A stretch of 64,000 nt of DNA from Octopus sinensis (lineage: Eukaryota): contig NC_043006.1 in the NCBI RefSeq assembly GCF_006345805.1, positions 65,410,001 through 65,474,000 on the forward strand, in the 5' to 3' direction. Positions 25,240 through 37,875 of the stretch are shown here, piece after piece. The position numbers and the translations under genes were made by a program. The notes below the pieces were generated by a model. That model saw only the letters and a program-made list of their open reading frames with translations. It did not search any database and was not told the DNA's origin. Within the stretch, counting starts at the first letter, position 1. Each line of letters starts with the position of its first letter.

Positions 25240-25491
25240 AAGAGGTTATGGACGTCAGGGTTTGTTTTGGTTCCTCAGATATCAGCGGCCACCAACACAT
25301 CACAGGAGATTGAGCAGACAATTCAAAAACACGGGAGGTTGGTCAAAACAAAATAACGACTGCAGAAAGTTCTTTTAAGGTCATACGATAAAACAAAATT
25401 CAAGAATTTAAAAAAAAAAATGTTGAAAAGGCACACCTTTTGAAAAATGTGCTCGTGGGGAGCGGTAACTCGCCTATTATCTACGGCCCTG
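25240..25491 (+). mobile_element. possible hAT transposon 3' end (dimerisation-domain remnant + TIR)
   Basis: VPQISAATNTSQEIEQTIQKHGRLVKTK*R loosely resembles IPATNxxxERSFSxLxxIKTxLR; ends in CGGCCCTG. Confidence 0.3.
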
Positions 25492-25504
25492 AACTGACAG
25501 GGCA

Positions 25505-26290
25505 GATCTTTTCCTTTTGAACGGCAGATGTCAACACAATTTCTAGTTAACTAAACACTTTTAAACTTCGTATACTGGTAGAATGTGTTTATAAAACATC
25601 ATTTTTTCTTGGCTTTATTGAGAAAATTCTATGTCATAACATATTCCCACTTTAAAATCGAGCATTTTGGCAATTTTAACCAATCGCTCACCTCCATTTG
25701 GGGTGAAAAAATTCCGTGCTGTATGAATATCCCCCTCGTTTAAGAAACAGATTTGGTTTATTTACATTTGCGAAGAAAAAAAGATACCCTTCCCCCACCC
25801 CTAACCCTAATCCTAAAATAGATTGAAATGCAATAGATCGATACCAGGGCCATAATTATGGGTAATATTTTCATTTGACACCGCTAGAAAAAAATCCCAT
25901 TTTCCGTAGCAGTGTCGTATGAAATTGTCACCCATAATTATGGCCCTGGTATCGATCTATTGCATTTCAATCTATTTTAGGATTAGGGTTAGGGGTGGGG
26001 GAAGGGTATCTTTTTTTCTTCGCAAATGTAAATAAACCCAATCTGTTTCTTAAACAAGGGGCTTATTCATACAGCACGGTATGTTTTGACTCCAAATGGA
26101 CGTATTTGATTGGTTAAAATTGCCAAAATGCTCGATTTTATAGTGGAAATATGTTACAAACTATAGAATTTTCTCAATAAAACCAAGAAAAAATGATGTT
26201 TTATAAACACATTCTACCAGTATACGAAGTTTAAAAGTGTTTAGTTAACTAGAAATTGTGTTGACATCTGCCGTTCAAAAGGAAAAGATC
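25505..26290. mobile_element. 786-bp foldback element (MITE-like) with ~380-bp inverted arms
   Basis: GATCTTTTCCTTTTGAACGGCAGATG.. / ..CATCTGCCGTTCAAAAGGAAAAGATC; 20-bp spacer 25887-25906. Confidence 0.9.
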
Positions 26291-27859
26291 CGACAGGACT
26301 GCCTACCTTAGGTTATTTTGTTTAAAACGAACGAATATAAAAAATCCAAAGTTTTAAATACGATTGAGAACTATACAATAATGACTAATAACGTAAGCAT
26401 CCTAAGCTACGAGTCTCTGGTCCGCAAGTTTTTTTTCGCCAAAACTTGAAGCAAATGATTAGCTGTTGCTAAATTCAACTGACAGATGAATTTATTTGTA
26501 GTTTATGTATACTAGAGGGAATAAATAAATATTTATTCGACAACGCGTTCTACGCTAACCGTTTTAGCTCGTCATTAGAACAAGCTATTTTATTCGTATC
26601 CTGATATTCACCACACAGACCACCATTATTTTCTCTTATTCTACGGTTTCATTTTAGTAGATAAATTTTTACTGCGCTTAACAAAAATTAATTCAGAAAA
26701 TGTTTTGTTTATTGATTGTAGCCATAATGTAAAAATGCATATTAATTTGGCCAAAAATGCCTTATTTCTTCTCACATCGAAAGCAAAAACAGTCACACCT
26801 TAACTTATGTTGATAATTGGTGCCAAGATATACCACTTAACTCGAAAGACGACTTAACATGAAAATACATTGTAAAAATTTTATTAGCTCATATTTGTTT
26901 TAATAAATGGTTTGTACGCATTTTCACACTTGTTTTATTTGATTTTCCGCAGGGTTGTTTTTTTATTCAGATTTTTGTAATCGGTGAGAAAGAACGATGT
27001 AAAGTCAGATAAATAGATTGAAGTTGAAGTTTATTTTTTCCCCATAAATTTCTTAAGAAATAAACAAAAAACTATCTAATGTCGAGGTATGATTATTTTA
27101 AAACCGAATTAGGTTGTATTCGTCAAAGGCTACAGATGTATCTGTAATAAATTTTAAAAGAAATTATTGGTGTATATTTTCACTGCGGAGTTTTATACTG
27201 TAGGCCAAATCAATCGTATTGTTTTCAAATCTTGTTTGCGACCTTAATAATTTAATTTACCTATTTTGACATTTTTCAATGCATTATCATCAGATAAAAT
27301 CAAATAAATACACCAAGTTTTTGTTGCTTAAAACAACGTTCATTTTACTTTCATGTATCTTTTTGTCGTCATTAAATTTCGATACTTGGACTTCATTTCA
27401 ATTTTCTCCTCTTTTCCATTCGGAGATTAGTAAAAGACGTGTTATATGTAAAAGTTAGGATCCATTTTTTTTTTGCCCTTTGATTCCTAATTTACTATTA
27501 TATTTTTGTACTTAAATATTATTAGGAATTGTATAAAAAGGTTGTTAAAATATTTTGTGTTCTGTAGAAGTATAATCGGTTTAATTAATGTACATGATTT
27601 TTAACAACAAAATCTGATATGGACCCCCCGTTGAGAACCACTGATCTAATTTGTCTTATTCTAAAAAGATTTCGCTGTGATTCTTTTTAGCTGGTCGTGC
27701 TACACAGTTGAGACGGTCATTTGTAGATGCCAACGAGTGTTGTGTATTCCTCTCTTAGTGAATAGACATGGGATCAAAAGCATGCCTTTTTATAGAAAAA
27801 GTTACCTAGATATGAAGAATTGCATCATCGCCATAAAAGTTTGTTTGGATAAAATTGAA

Positions 27860-28860
27860 ATCGAATATGTCGTACGCGTGGCCATGTGCTAAGTTTGCTT
27901 CCCAACCACATTGATCTGGTTTCAGTCCCACTGCGTGGGACCTTACGCAAATGCCTTCTACTATAGTTTCGGGTCGAGCAAAGTCTTGTAAATGGATTTG
28001 GTAGACGGAAACAGAAGAAGCCGCTAGAATAAGCAACAGGCTTTAAAACGTACTGGTGGTCGATTCGTTCGACTAAAAATTCTTCGATGTGGTGCACCAG
28101 CATGGTCGCAGTCAAACGACTGAAACAAGTTAAAGATAGAAGATAAAAATGGACGTGTATGGAAGAAACGACCCATCATTGAAATGTGTAATGTTTAGTA
28201 GAATGGAGTCGATTGCCTCCTCCATTTCGCTCCTCACCAGGGTCGGCTACGAGATTTTCTTTCCCACGAGAGTTCCGGACCCCAGTTATGAACTCACTTG
28301 CATACAGCTAATCAAGGCTCAACTATCAAACTAATTAATGAGCGCATAACAAGTGATGGGCGATAAGATAAAGTCACTTGGGTAAGGAATGACCACGCTT
28401 CTTTTCTCTTTAATAAATGCTTGCTGTTTCGACCATGGCTGCCTCTACAGTATCGAGCACGCTGCTCCAGCTTGCAGGCGCGCAGTTTTAAAAGTTCGGT
28501 TTGGGCAGTGATTCAACCTCTGTAAAATAGGACGGATCGACTCACAAGGCTTTAGTTGATCCGGGGTTGTAGTAAAGGGCACTTCCCCACTGCGAGGCAC
28601 TTTGGGCAAGTGTCTTCTACTATAGCCGCGGACTGATCAAAGCCTTGTGAATAAATTTGTTGGACGGAAACTAACATATATATCTTTGTGTTTTTGTTTG
28701 TCCCCAACCATTTCGTAACAAAGCAGTTCGGCAAAAAGAGAACGATAGAATAAGTACCAGACTTCAAAAACATACTGGGGCTCGATTTGTTCCACTAAAT
28801 CCTTCAAGACGATGCCCCAGCATGACCGTAGTCCACGACTGAAAGAAATAAAGATAGAAG
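27860..28860 (+). mobile_element. two family A SINE copies (27860-28145, 28590-28860)
   Basis: GGTTTCAGTCCCACTGCGTGG, TTTGGGCAAGTGTCTTCTACTATAG, GACTGAAA tail. Confidence 0.7.
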
Positions 28861-29283
28861 AAAACCCGAAGAAATAAATGTAACAACCTCGCCTAAAAGG
28901 GATATAAGCGAAGGTTCTTGGTTTCAAACATAATTGTATATGATGACCACGCGAGAACATGAAACACATATGTATTGTCAGCCCTGACCAGGCAGGCCCA
29001 TAATTCAAACGATTCCAGCTGTGGTCAGCTCATCCCCCCCTACAACCACCCAAATATTGTCTGTCTAGAACTATATCGTCCAGTGTTCCTTCTTTTTCTT
29101 TGAGAAGGTTAAGCGAAGTGCTATATCTAGTAAATCGGACGAGGACGTATAGACCTCATGTGAAAAGAACGCGGTCGCCTGTGTAGTTAAGAAGACTCTG
29201 TTCGTAGCCGCTTAGTACCTCGATCGACCCCCACCGCGCAGCATCCTGGACAGATGTCTTCTACCATGCACTCTTGTCGACCA

Positions 29284-29315
<32 letters not shown>

Positions 29316-29446
29316 AGGTATAAATAATGGTCATTACATATTCTTTTATTGTAGTAAATTCGAATTAAGTCTGTTTCCGATAGTCATAGGTTAGTTCATT
29401 GATCGGTTTACTCAATCGGTCCATCAATGAACGAACTTATAATGAC

Positions 29447-29495
<49 letters not shown>

Positions 29496-29941
29496 CAACA
29501 ATTGAGGGTAAAATTAATTAATTAATCAATTTCACCAAGTGTTCAGTATGTAAAAGGACCATTTAAGGCGAATTCAAAATTTTACATTATATAATTAGGG
29601 CTTAGTAAAATAAATTACTTTGCCACATACTGAACTTAGTAGAAATAGCAGCCAAAAAAAAATTTTCTTAGCATTTCTACAACTTAAAGAAAATTTCTCT
29701 CAGATAATGTTTACTCCAGACAGCCCACGAAGGTTTGGAGGTAAATACAGAAAAATATCACATGTACATAGATCGTTTGAGTACGTCAACGTTTCAAGAT
29801 TAGCCAAATAAAATCAGCATTTCTATCGTCAGCTCAAAATTTCTTAATTTGGATTTGGAAACACTAAAAAGAAGGAACTTTACCTATCAGCGAACTTATC
29901 GCTTCAGATGAACCACTCCGACTAACAGTGTCAACAAATTC

Positions 29942-30692
29942 AACGTACAGGAATAGGGTTAAGTTTAAGTGATACAAGAACTATAGTCATACCGTATATC
30001 AATGCAAACTCTACTGTCATGTACCTTGAGGTTTTATGATCCCTCACCGAGAATATACTTTGGAAAGGACTACCTAATACGTGGACCCCCAGTTCACATC
30101 ACCCATCCGAATTTACTACAATAAAAGAATATATAATGAGCATTATTTATACATTGTCTTGTGTAAAAGACCAGTATAAGAGGGAATACAGCCACGGATT
30201 TACAACATAGAATGGTGATGACCCTGCCATAAACATATGCAAAGTTCTTTACTAATCTGAAAATTTTGTTGGCCTGGTGTATTTGTATTACCACAGAGTT
30301 TATAAAGTATTTTGACCGGATTGAACATCCTTCTTTAATAACTCCTTGTTTTGTTTATATATATATATATACAATACACACAAAACATCACAAAGAAGAA
30401 TGGGGAATTATCTTCAAAAATAATTTATTACAGTATTACTCTCATTAGATTTCAACCCCACACGTGTTTCTGCTGGGTAGGTGTCCAAGTTTATATGCAG
30501 CTCTGTTTAAGGTTTTACCCATTCGGATGGGTGAAGCGAACTGGGGATTCAAGTATTAGATAGTTCTTTTCAAAGTATATTCTCGGTGAGGGATCATAAA
30601 GCCTCAAGGTATATGACAGTAGGGTTTGCATTGATATACGGTATGGCTTATAGTTCTTGTATCACTTAAACTTAACCCTATTCCTGTACGTT
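29942..30692. repeat. inverted repeat, ~171-bp arms (29942-30112 / 30521-30692) around a 408-bp spacer
   Basis: AACGTACAGGAATAGGGTTAAGTTTAAGTGATACAAG.. matches the reverse complement ..CTTGTATCACTTAAACTTAACCCTATTCCTGTACGTT with scattered mismatches. Confidence 0.9.
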
Positions 30693-30735
30693 ATATATAT
30701 ATGTGTGTGTGTGTGTGTTGTGTGTGTGTGTGTGT

Positions 30736-31043
30736 GGAGGCGCAATGGCCCAGTGGTTAGGGCAGCGGACTCGCGGTCGTAGGAGCGCGGTTTCGATTCC
30801 CAGACCGGGCGTTGTGAGTGTTTATTGAGCGAAGACACCTATAGCTCTACGAGGCTCCGGCAGGGGATGTTGGCGATCCCTGCTGTACTCTTTCGCCGCA
30901 ACTTTCTCTCACTCTTTCGTCTGTTGCCCTGCTCGCTTAGCCAGCGGGGTGGCGTCATTTGAAGGCTAAAACAATGCGAAGCGCATTGTGACCAGCGATA
31001 TGTAGCAACATCTGATAGCCTGGTCGGTCACGTGATCACGTGA
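30736..31043 (+). mobile_element. young tRNA-derived SINE (family C head, tail type 1; resembles octopus OR-type SINEs)
   Basis: A box TGGCCCAGTGG, B box GGTTTCGATTCC, CpG-intact body, ends GTCACGTGATCACGTGA before (TA)n. Confidence 0.8.
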
Positions 31044-31047
31044 TATA

Positions 31048-31082
<35 letters not shown>

Positions 31083-31084
31083 GT

Positions 31085-31395
31085 TCTTTTATTTGTTTCA
31101 GTCGTTTGACTGCGGCCATGCTAGAGCACCGCCTTTAGTTCGACAAATCTACCCCAGGACTTATTCTTTGTAAGCTTAGTACTTATTCTATCGGTCTCTT
31201 TTACCGCTAATTTACGAGACGTAAACACCAGCATCGGTTGTCAAGCGATGGTGAGGAGACAGACGCACAAACACACGCGACGGGCTTCCACTCACAAGGC
31301 TCTGGCGGCGCGAGGCTATAGTAGAAGACACTTGCCCAAGGTGCCACACAGTGGGACTGAACCCGGAACCATGTGGTTCGTAAGCAAGCTACCTA
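31085..31395 (-). mobile_element. family A SINE
   Basis: GAAGACACTTGCCCAAGGTGCCAC..GGGACTGAACCCGGAACC. Confidence 0.85.
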
Positions 31396-31443
<48 letters not shown>

Positions 31444-31613
31444 TGTAACGTAACTCCGATCAAGCTATAAGGTGTTACTCAGGCACTCAACTATGAGTCT
31501 ACTGCACCATAAAGTAGAAACAGCTGTAAGCTAATGAAGCTCATAAGATAATCGTTTATTCCTTTTTCATCTCATTTTCTTATATATATATCTATATCTA
31601 TCTATCTATCTAT

Positions 31614-31678
<65 letters not shown>

Positions 31679-31683
31679 CATCT

Positions 31684-31758
31684 CTGATGAGCGTAGGGTT
31701 ATATAATCGGATTGTTACCTAACAATCCGTTGAATCCGTAGCGCTAAACCAATTGGTT
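31684..31758 (+). ncRNA. hammerhead-like relic (GAAA mutated to TAAA)
   Basis: CTGATGA GCG..CGC TAAA CCAATTGGT T, palindromic stem III, perfect inner hairpin CGGATTGTTA/TAACAATCCG. Confidence 0.4.
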
Positions 31759-32859
31759 AAAATCGCCCGTAATGGATATATAATGTTGTAGACTTCGGAT
31801 AATATATATATATATATACACACACACACACGTTTGTGTATATTATATTGGTATATCTACTGGAAAGAGGTTGCGGGAATATCTGTACATCGACACTCTG
31901 TAACAGAGAATTATTTATAATCGACTGCTGTCCATAACATGAAACCAGTAAAAGATAAGATTAAATGAATTAAGTGATTTACTGTTCAATATGGATACTA
32001 ACAGCGAGACGGGAAGATTGGACATAGAATTTTAATGGAGAAGTAGAATGGAAGTCTAAGGAGCAGTATGATGTTTTTATTTGTTGTTCGTTTTCGTTGC
32101 TTGTCGGCTGATTCCGTCTAATAACTTCTCCTTCTCTGTTTATGTACTAGTCCCTAATAGGGAATGTGATGCCGATTGAATCTCCTAATCCATTGCCGGA
32201 TGTCCTTGACTCTCATGTGTCTGTATGTGTCGGACACACACACAATCACGCGATCAGCGAAAATGAACAGGATATGCATTCCTCAACTGGTTCCAAGAGG
32301 TGCAACTTAACTCGAAAACGACGTAACACACACACACGAAAAACAGCTAAAATTATTTAAAGCCCATCGTATATACGCGCGCGTCTGTATGTGTGTTTGT
32401 TCCACTACTACTTGACAACCGGTGCTGGTGTGTTTACGTCCCCGTAACATTATCGGTTCGGTGAAAGAGATTGCTAGAATAAATAAGTACCAGAGTAAAA
32501 TCCATTCGACTAAAAATTCAAGGCGGTGCCCCAGCATGGCCGCAGGCAAATGACTGAAGCAAGTAGAGGATAAAATATTTTTACATGTATTTTATATGAT
32601 TTTCCACTTCAGTATCGGTCTTCAGGTGTTTTTTCCTCCAGTTTTTACACTTCTAAATATGTTTGTTGAGACCAACGTAAAGTTGGATCAATAGACTAAA
32701 TTGGGGGGAGGGGGTTATTATTTCTGTTAAATTCTTTAAAAAATAACAAAAACAAAATGCGTATTGAGAAAAGGACGTAACTTGAAGAAAGTAAGTTGAG
32801 GTTTGGCTGATTTCTACTCTTGATAAAAAGACTTGAGCATAAATGATTTTGTTCTATAG

Positions 32860-33150
32860 CAAGCGATGTCGTCGGTAACGTTTTGATCAGTGGGTCCATA
32901 TAAGACTTTTGGAGGTCCACGCAACAAAATGGTCAATTGAAGATCCACAATAGTATTTTTAGGGCCCCTGAAAAAAATTGGCTTTAGATGTATGTATTTG
33001 CAAGAAACAGCTAGGTTTCATTCTCTAATATTATACATAGTTTAAGCTACACAATGTGTGAAAAACAAATTAGGAATTTTGAAAGTAGTATAGACCGCTA
33101 TCTATAGAACTAGTTTTTGAACATCGAATGTCTATAGGGACTGTTGTAAT
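32860..33150. mobile_element. hAT-type MITE related to 43495-43811
   Basis: Shared internal blocks (AGCTAGGTTTC..TCTCTAA..GGAATTTTGAAA..AACTAGTTTTT..CATCGAATG). Confidence 0.5.
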
Positions 33151-33313
33151 GGCAAAACACAACTCCTCGTATGTCTCCTGTTGCTTGCCGGAAGACGTAG
33201 TCCGGACAACATAATAATGACGTTATAATTTAATCTGATCTTTGTTAAAGCTCGATGGGAGCTCGGGAAATGCGCGTCAACCTCAGTACTGCACCAATAC
33301 ATGTTCTGTAGTC

Positions 33314-34001
33314 AATCTCTTCTCGTTTATCGCAGGGTTTGGTTAAAAAGAGAAAAAGAACGTGATAAACGAATAACTTCGATGCACTTTGTAAATTGAA
33401 CGAATGGTCGATTCATTTACACCAAAACTTCCACCATCACGTATTTGCTCAATCATTTCTACCTTTTTTCTGTAGAGAAAACACTCGTCTGCGTTGTTTG
33501 TTAGGATCCAGCGCCTTTGTATTTTCTCTCTTCACTGATCCCATGTTGAGGGTACGAATACGTAAAGCCATACAGAAAAAAAAAAAGAAAAACCGGTGAC
33601 GTAAATACATTCTAGATTAGCGCTTCTTCAGCTTTTTTTAATTCAGACCCCATTTTTCATCACGAGATTTTTCACGACCCCAGGCATTAAATATGAGGCA
33701 TCACGTTGAATATCGTGCGTTTGTGGAATAACATATAAACTGAAATTCAAGTGTTTGAATTTAGTTTTTGCGACCCCAAATGCAGTCGTGACCCATAGTT
33801 TAAGAAACGCTGTTCTAGATAACTGAACATTGTCGACGGTCGCTGGAGTGTGATTTTCGCAGCACAAGCAGAATGTTCGACTGATAGACGACCCGTGTTA
33901 TCACTGATTAATCCGTGATAAGCGTAACATGGTTCACAAATGAGTGTACCTTGCTATCCCGGATCATTGATAAATGAACCAGCGATGAACGAGGCTACAT
34001 G
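33314..34001 (-). mobile_element. internally deleted pogo/Tigger element with CENP-B/psq HTH remnant
   Basis: Minus translation MGSVKRENTKALDPNKQRRRVFSLQKK/VEMIEQIRDGGSFGVNESTIRSIYK; TIR core CTCGTTTATC; homologous to 41758-42276. Confidence 0.8.
33618..33812. mobile_element. hAT (Charlie-like) MITE nested in the Tigger element
   Basis: Perfect 8-bp TSD TTCTAGAT (33610-33617, 33813-33820); TIRs TAGCGCTTCTT / AAGAAACGCTG. Confidence 0.9.
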
Positions 34002-34214
34002 GACGTGTAAAACTTGACAACCAATTCGGTTATGTTGAATTCAAATCCGTTGCAGTTCTTTGTGTATTTAATTGTTCACGTCTGATTTCATTTGTTAAGA
34101 AACAGGTGCCAGCTACACTGGTCCTTTGGAAATACTATTCGTAATGGTCCGATATCACGTCATACTGGGATATTTATGGCGCACAACACGACACCGTAGA
34201 CTTAGGTGTTGAGT

Positions 34215-34505
34215 ACCTACTGACCCCTAAAATGGTATTGCGAGCTATTCGAATTTATGTGCCGCTGAACTGCCTCCTGTGCAAATGGCACGTAAAAAAC
34301 ATCATTTAAGCGTGGCCGTTGCCAGTACCGCCTGATTGGCCCTCGTGCCGGTGGCACGTAAAAGCACCCACTACACTCTCGGAAGTGGTTGGCGTTAGGA
34401 AGGGGATCCAGCTGTAGAAATTCTGCCAGATCAAGATTGGAGCCTGGTGCAGCCATCTAGTTCGCTAGTCCTCATGGAAAGCGGACGTTAAAACGATGAT
34501 GATGA
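34215..34505 (+). mobile_element. RTE-related SINE-like repeat
   Basis: GTTGGCGTTAGGAAGGGGATCCAGCTGTAGAAA..GGACGTTAAAACGATGATGATG. Confidence 0.8.
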
Positions 34506-34699
34506 AATAAGGGCTGACACGGGTTAATAGTCTCACAGGTAACCACATGATATGATGGAGAAATAAAAATAAATTAAAACAAACAATAGAAAAGAAGTAG
34601 GGTTACATATCATGCATAGACGTACTTGTCCCGTTATCGGAAATGAATATTTGACCCTTATATTAATTCAAAATACTTACGAAGGAGGAATAACAGAAA

Positions 34700-35450
34700 C
34701 ATATATCTGTGTGAATAAGAAGCTTGCGTTGCAACCATGTGGTTTCGTGTTCAATTCCACTGCGCACCGCCTTTGGGCAAGTGTCTTGTACTATAGTCCC
34801 AGACAGACCAGCACCTTGTGAGTGAATTTGGGAGGCAGAAACTGTGGCGAGCTGGCAGAAACGTTAGCATACCGGGCGAAATGCTTAGCAGTATTTCGTC
34901 TGCCGCTACGTTCTGAGTTCAAATTCCACCGAGGTCGACTTTGCCTTTCATCCTTTCGGGGTCGATTAAATAAGTACCAGTTACGCACTGGGGTCGATAT
35001 AATCGACTTAATCCTTTTGTTTGTCCTCTCTGTGTTTAGCCCCTTGTGGGTAGTAAAGAAACAGGTATTTCGCCTGCCGTTACGTGCTGAGTTCAAATTC
35101 CGCCGAGGTCGACTTTGCCATTCATCCTTTCGGGGTCGATTAAATAAGTACCAGTTACACACCGGGGTCGATATAATCGACTTAATCCGTTTGTTTGTCC
35201 CCTCTGTGTGTAACCCCTTGTGGGCAGTAAAGAAATAAGAAACTACGGAAGCCTGTTGTGTGTGAACAGTGTTCGTTTGTTTACGTTTCTGTTATCTAGT
35301 GGTTCGGCAAAAGAAACCGATAGAATAAGTACCAGACTTTATTTTAAAAATGCATGAGTACCGGGGCCGATATGTTCGACTGAAACCCTTGAAGGCAGTG
35401 CCCCAGCTTGGCTGCAGTCTAATGACCGAAACAAGTAAAAAAATTAAAAG
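34700..35450 (+). mobile_element. family A SINE interrupted by a family B SINE (34845-35240) with a ~173-bp internal tandem duplication
   Basis: A head to AGAAACTG, B insert, then AGAAACTAC resumes A; B body repeated at 34891-35063 and 35064-35236. Confidence 0.85.
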
Positions 35451-36089
35451 AGATACGGTCGTTATTTGAAACTGTTTTGCCCAACTATTGAAGTCACGAC
35501 AATCTGAAGTACGTGATTTTTTTTCAGTTGTATGGTTAATATTTTAATGTATTTAGCACAACTGGCTATTATAATAGCCATCAAAATCTTTTAAAGTACA
35601 TTGTTATTGCGTACCTATAATACGTCTGGATGTATTTCTATAAGTATATAGTCAATATTTAAATGTATTTAACACGACTATTATAGCTAGCAGTATCTAG
35701 CTGGAATACACTACTATATAACCTAATCTGTGTGTATGTGTACACGTATATTCATTTATATACATATATGGTTGTGTTAGAAGATATTTTTCATAGCTAT
35801 TATTTATAGTCATTACTTCCGAGAAATATATGTATTGTTACGTACCTACTACCTATTTGTGCCAGAATGTATACATTCATCTGCGTATGCGGTCAATATT
35901 AGATTTTTATTTTACACTTCTGTTAAATAGTCGCTAGTATATCTGAAATAAACTGGGTATTTTATTTGCTGTACAATACATGTACGATCGTATTTGAAGA
36001 TGTTATTCACAACGATTATAAAATTTGCTGTGTGAAATGTGTTTATTACCTATCAACCTATTTGTGATTGAATTAAATTTCTCTGGCAG

Positions 36090-37875
36090 GCATGGCTGCG
36101 TGGTTAAGGAGCTCGCTTTGTACCTACGTGGTTTCGGGTTCAGTTCTACTGCGCTGCACCATGGGTGAATGCGCTCTACAAGAGCCCCGGGTCGACCAAT
36201 TCACTGTGAATGAATTTGGTAAACAGAAATTGCATGGAATCCCATCGTTTGTATGCGCGTGTGTATGTGTTCGTGTTTTTATCCCTGCCCCACTCGATAC
36301 ACCGGTGTTGGTTTGTTTACATCCCTGTAACTTAGTGGCAAAAGGGATCTATAGAATAAATACTAGGGTAGATTTGTTTGATAAAACCCTTCAAGGTTTT
36401 GACCCAGGATGGCCGCAGTTCAATAATTGAAACAAGTGAAAGAGAAAAGACCTGTAATGATATCTGAAAGTAGTTAACCCTTCTAGCCATTATAACTTAT
36501 AAAGTAATTGAATATGTTTGTGAATGTATTGTATTTTCCGGCATTCAAGTCGAATTTTTCCAACAAAAATTTGCAGACCAAAATGATATGGTCGGCTTTT
36601 ACGGCTTTTAAACCGAAGCAACTTTGGAGGACCAACATTTCCATTTTAAACGCATCAGCATTTGGAAAGATAATGGCGATGTTTCAGTGTTTACTCTATA
36701 TACTAGGTCGACTTATATGACGAAAAATACAGTGTTTCTATAGCATTTTCTGTAACTGTTTTTCAGTTTCGAAAAACTCGTAGCTCGCCCATCAATTAAC
36801 CTCCTAAATAAATCAGGACCGTCAACAGGCGAGGTCCCGGGAGGTTTTCGAAGGGAAGACACGAGGCCAGAAGGGAATATAATTCCAGGAGAAAAGGGCG
36901 TAATAACATTATTTAGATGGGCGCACTTCTTTTCTTGAGGGGGAGGGGGCACGTGCCCCCTCAGAGACCCCGCCTCCGGTCTGCCCCTGATCAAGCAGCC
37001 TACTACAGAAGATGACAATCATGGAAGCAAACCAACTGAAATAAAATGTAACACGTAAATATGTGATGGCTGGATACATTGTAGGAGTGTTACCTAATTG
37101 TATCACATTTAAGAACTTGGCAGGTATTCGATTATGTATTTAACGATCCGAATAGAATGAAAGGCAAAGTCGACCGCCGCTGGATTTGGACCCAGAATGT
37201 AAAGTACCGAAAGAAATATCACACTTTAAACGATTCTGCAAATCTAGTAGGCGCTGGTATGCTTGTGTGATAAGATGTTTACTTCCCAACAACATGGTTC
37301 CGGGTTCAGTCCCACTGCGTGGCACCTTAAGCAAGTATATTTTGCTATAACCCCTGGCCAACGAAAGTATTCCGAATGAATTTGGACGGTGAAAACTGTA
37401 TGTGTGTGTGTGTTTTTGTGTGTGTGTGTGTGTGTCTGTACTTCCGCTTGACAATCTGTGTTGGTTTGTTTACGTCCCCCGTAACTTAGCAGTTCGGCAA
37501 AAGAATCCGATGGAATAAGTACCATACTTCAAAAATAACTACTGGGATCGGTTTGTTCAAGGCGTTGCTCCAGCTTAGCCGCAGTCCAATGACTGAAATG
37601 ATTAAAAGATGACAGGCAAAGAATCTACACCCCACTTTAATAGTGTTACATAAGAATAAAGCGGCGAGCTGGCAGAATCGTTAGCACGCCGGGCGAAATG
37701 TTTAGCGGTATTTCGTCTTTACGTTCTGAGTTCAAATTCCGCCGAGGTCGACTTTGTCTTTCATCCTTTCGAGGTCGATAAATTAAGTATCAGTTGCGTA
37801 CTAGGGTCGATCTAATCGATTGTCCCCCCCCCCTCCTCAAAAAATTTCTGGCCTTGTGCCTAGAGTAGAAAAAGT
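36090..37875. mobile_element. SINE cluster: A (+ 36090-36445), B (- 37140-37255), A (+ 37255-37610), B (+ 37661-37875)
   Basis: Family-diagnostic heads and tails as in other copies. Confidence 0.75.

Noticed and set aside
30736-30810. tRNA gene
   Set aside because: No proper acceptor stem or terminator; it runs into a SINE body shared with 61866-62230.
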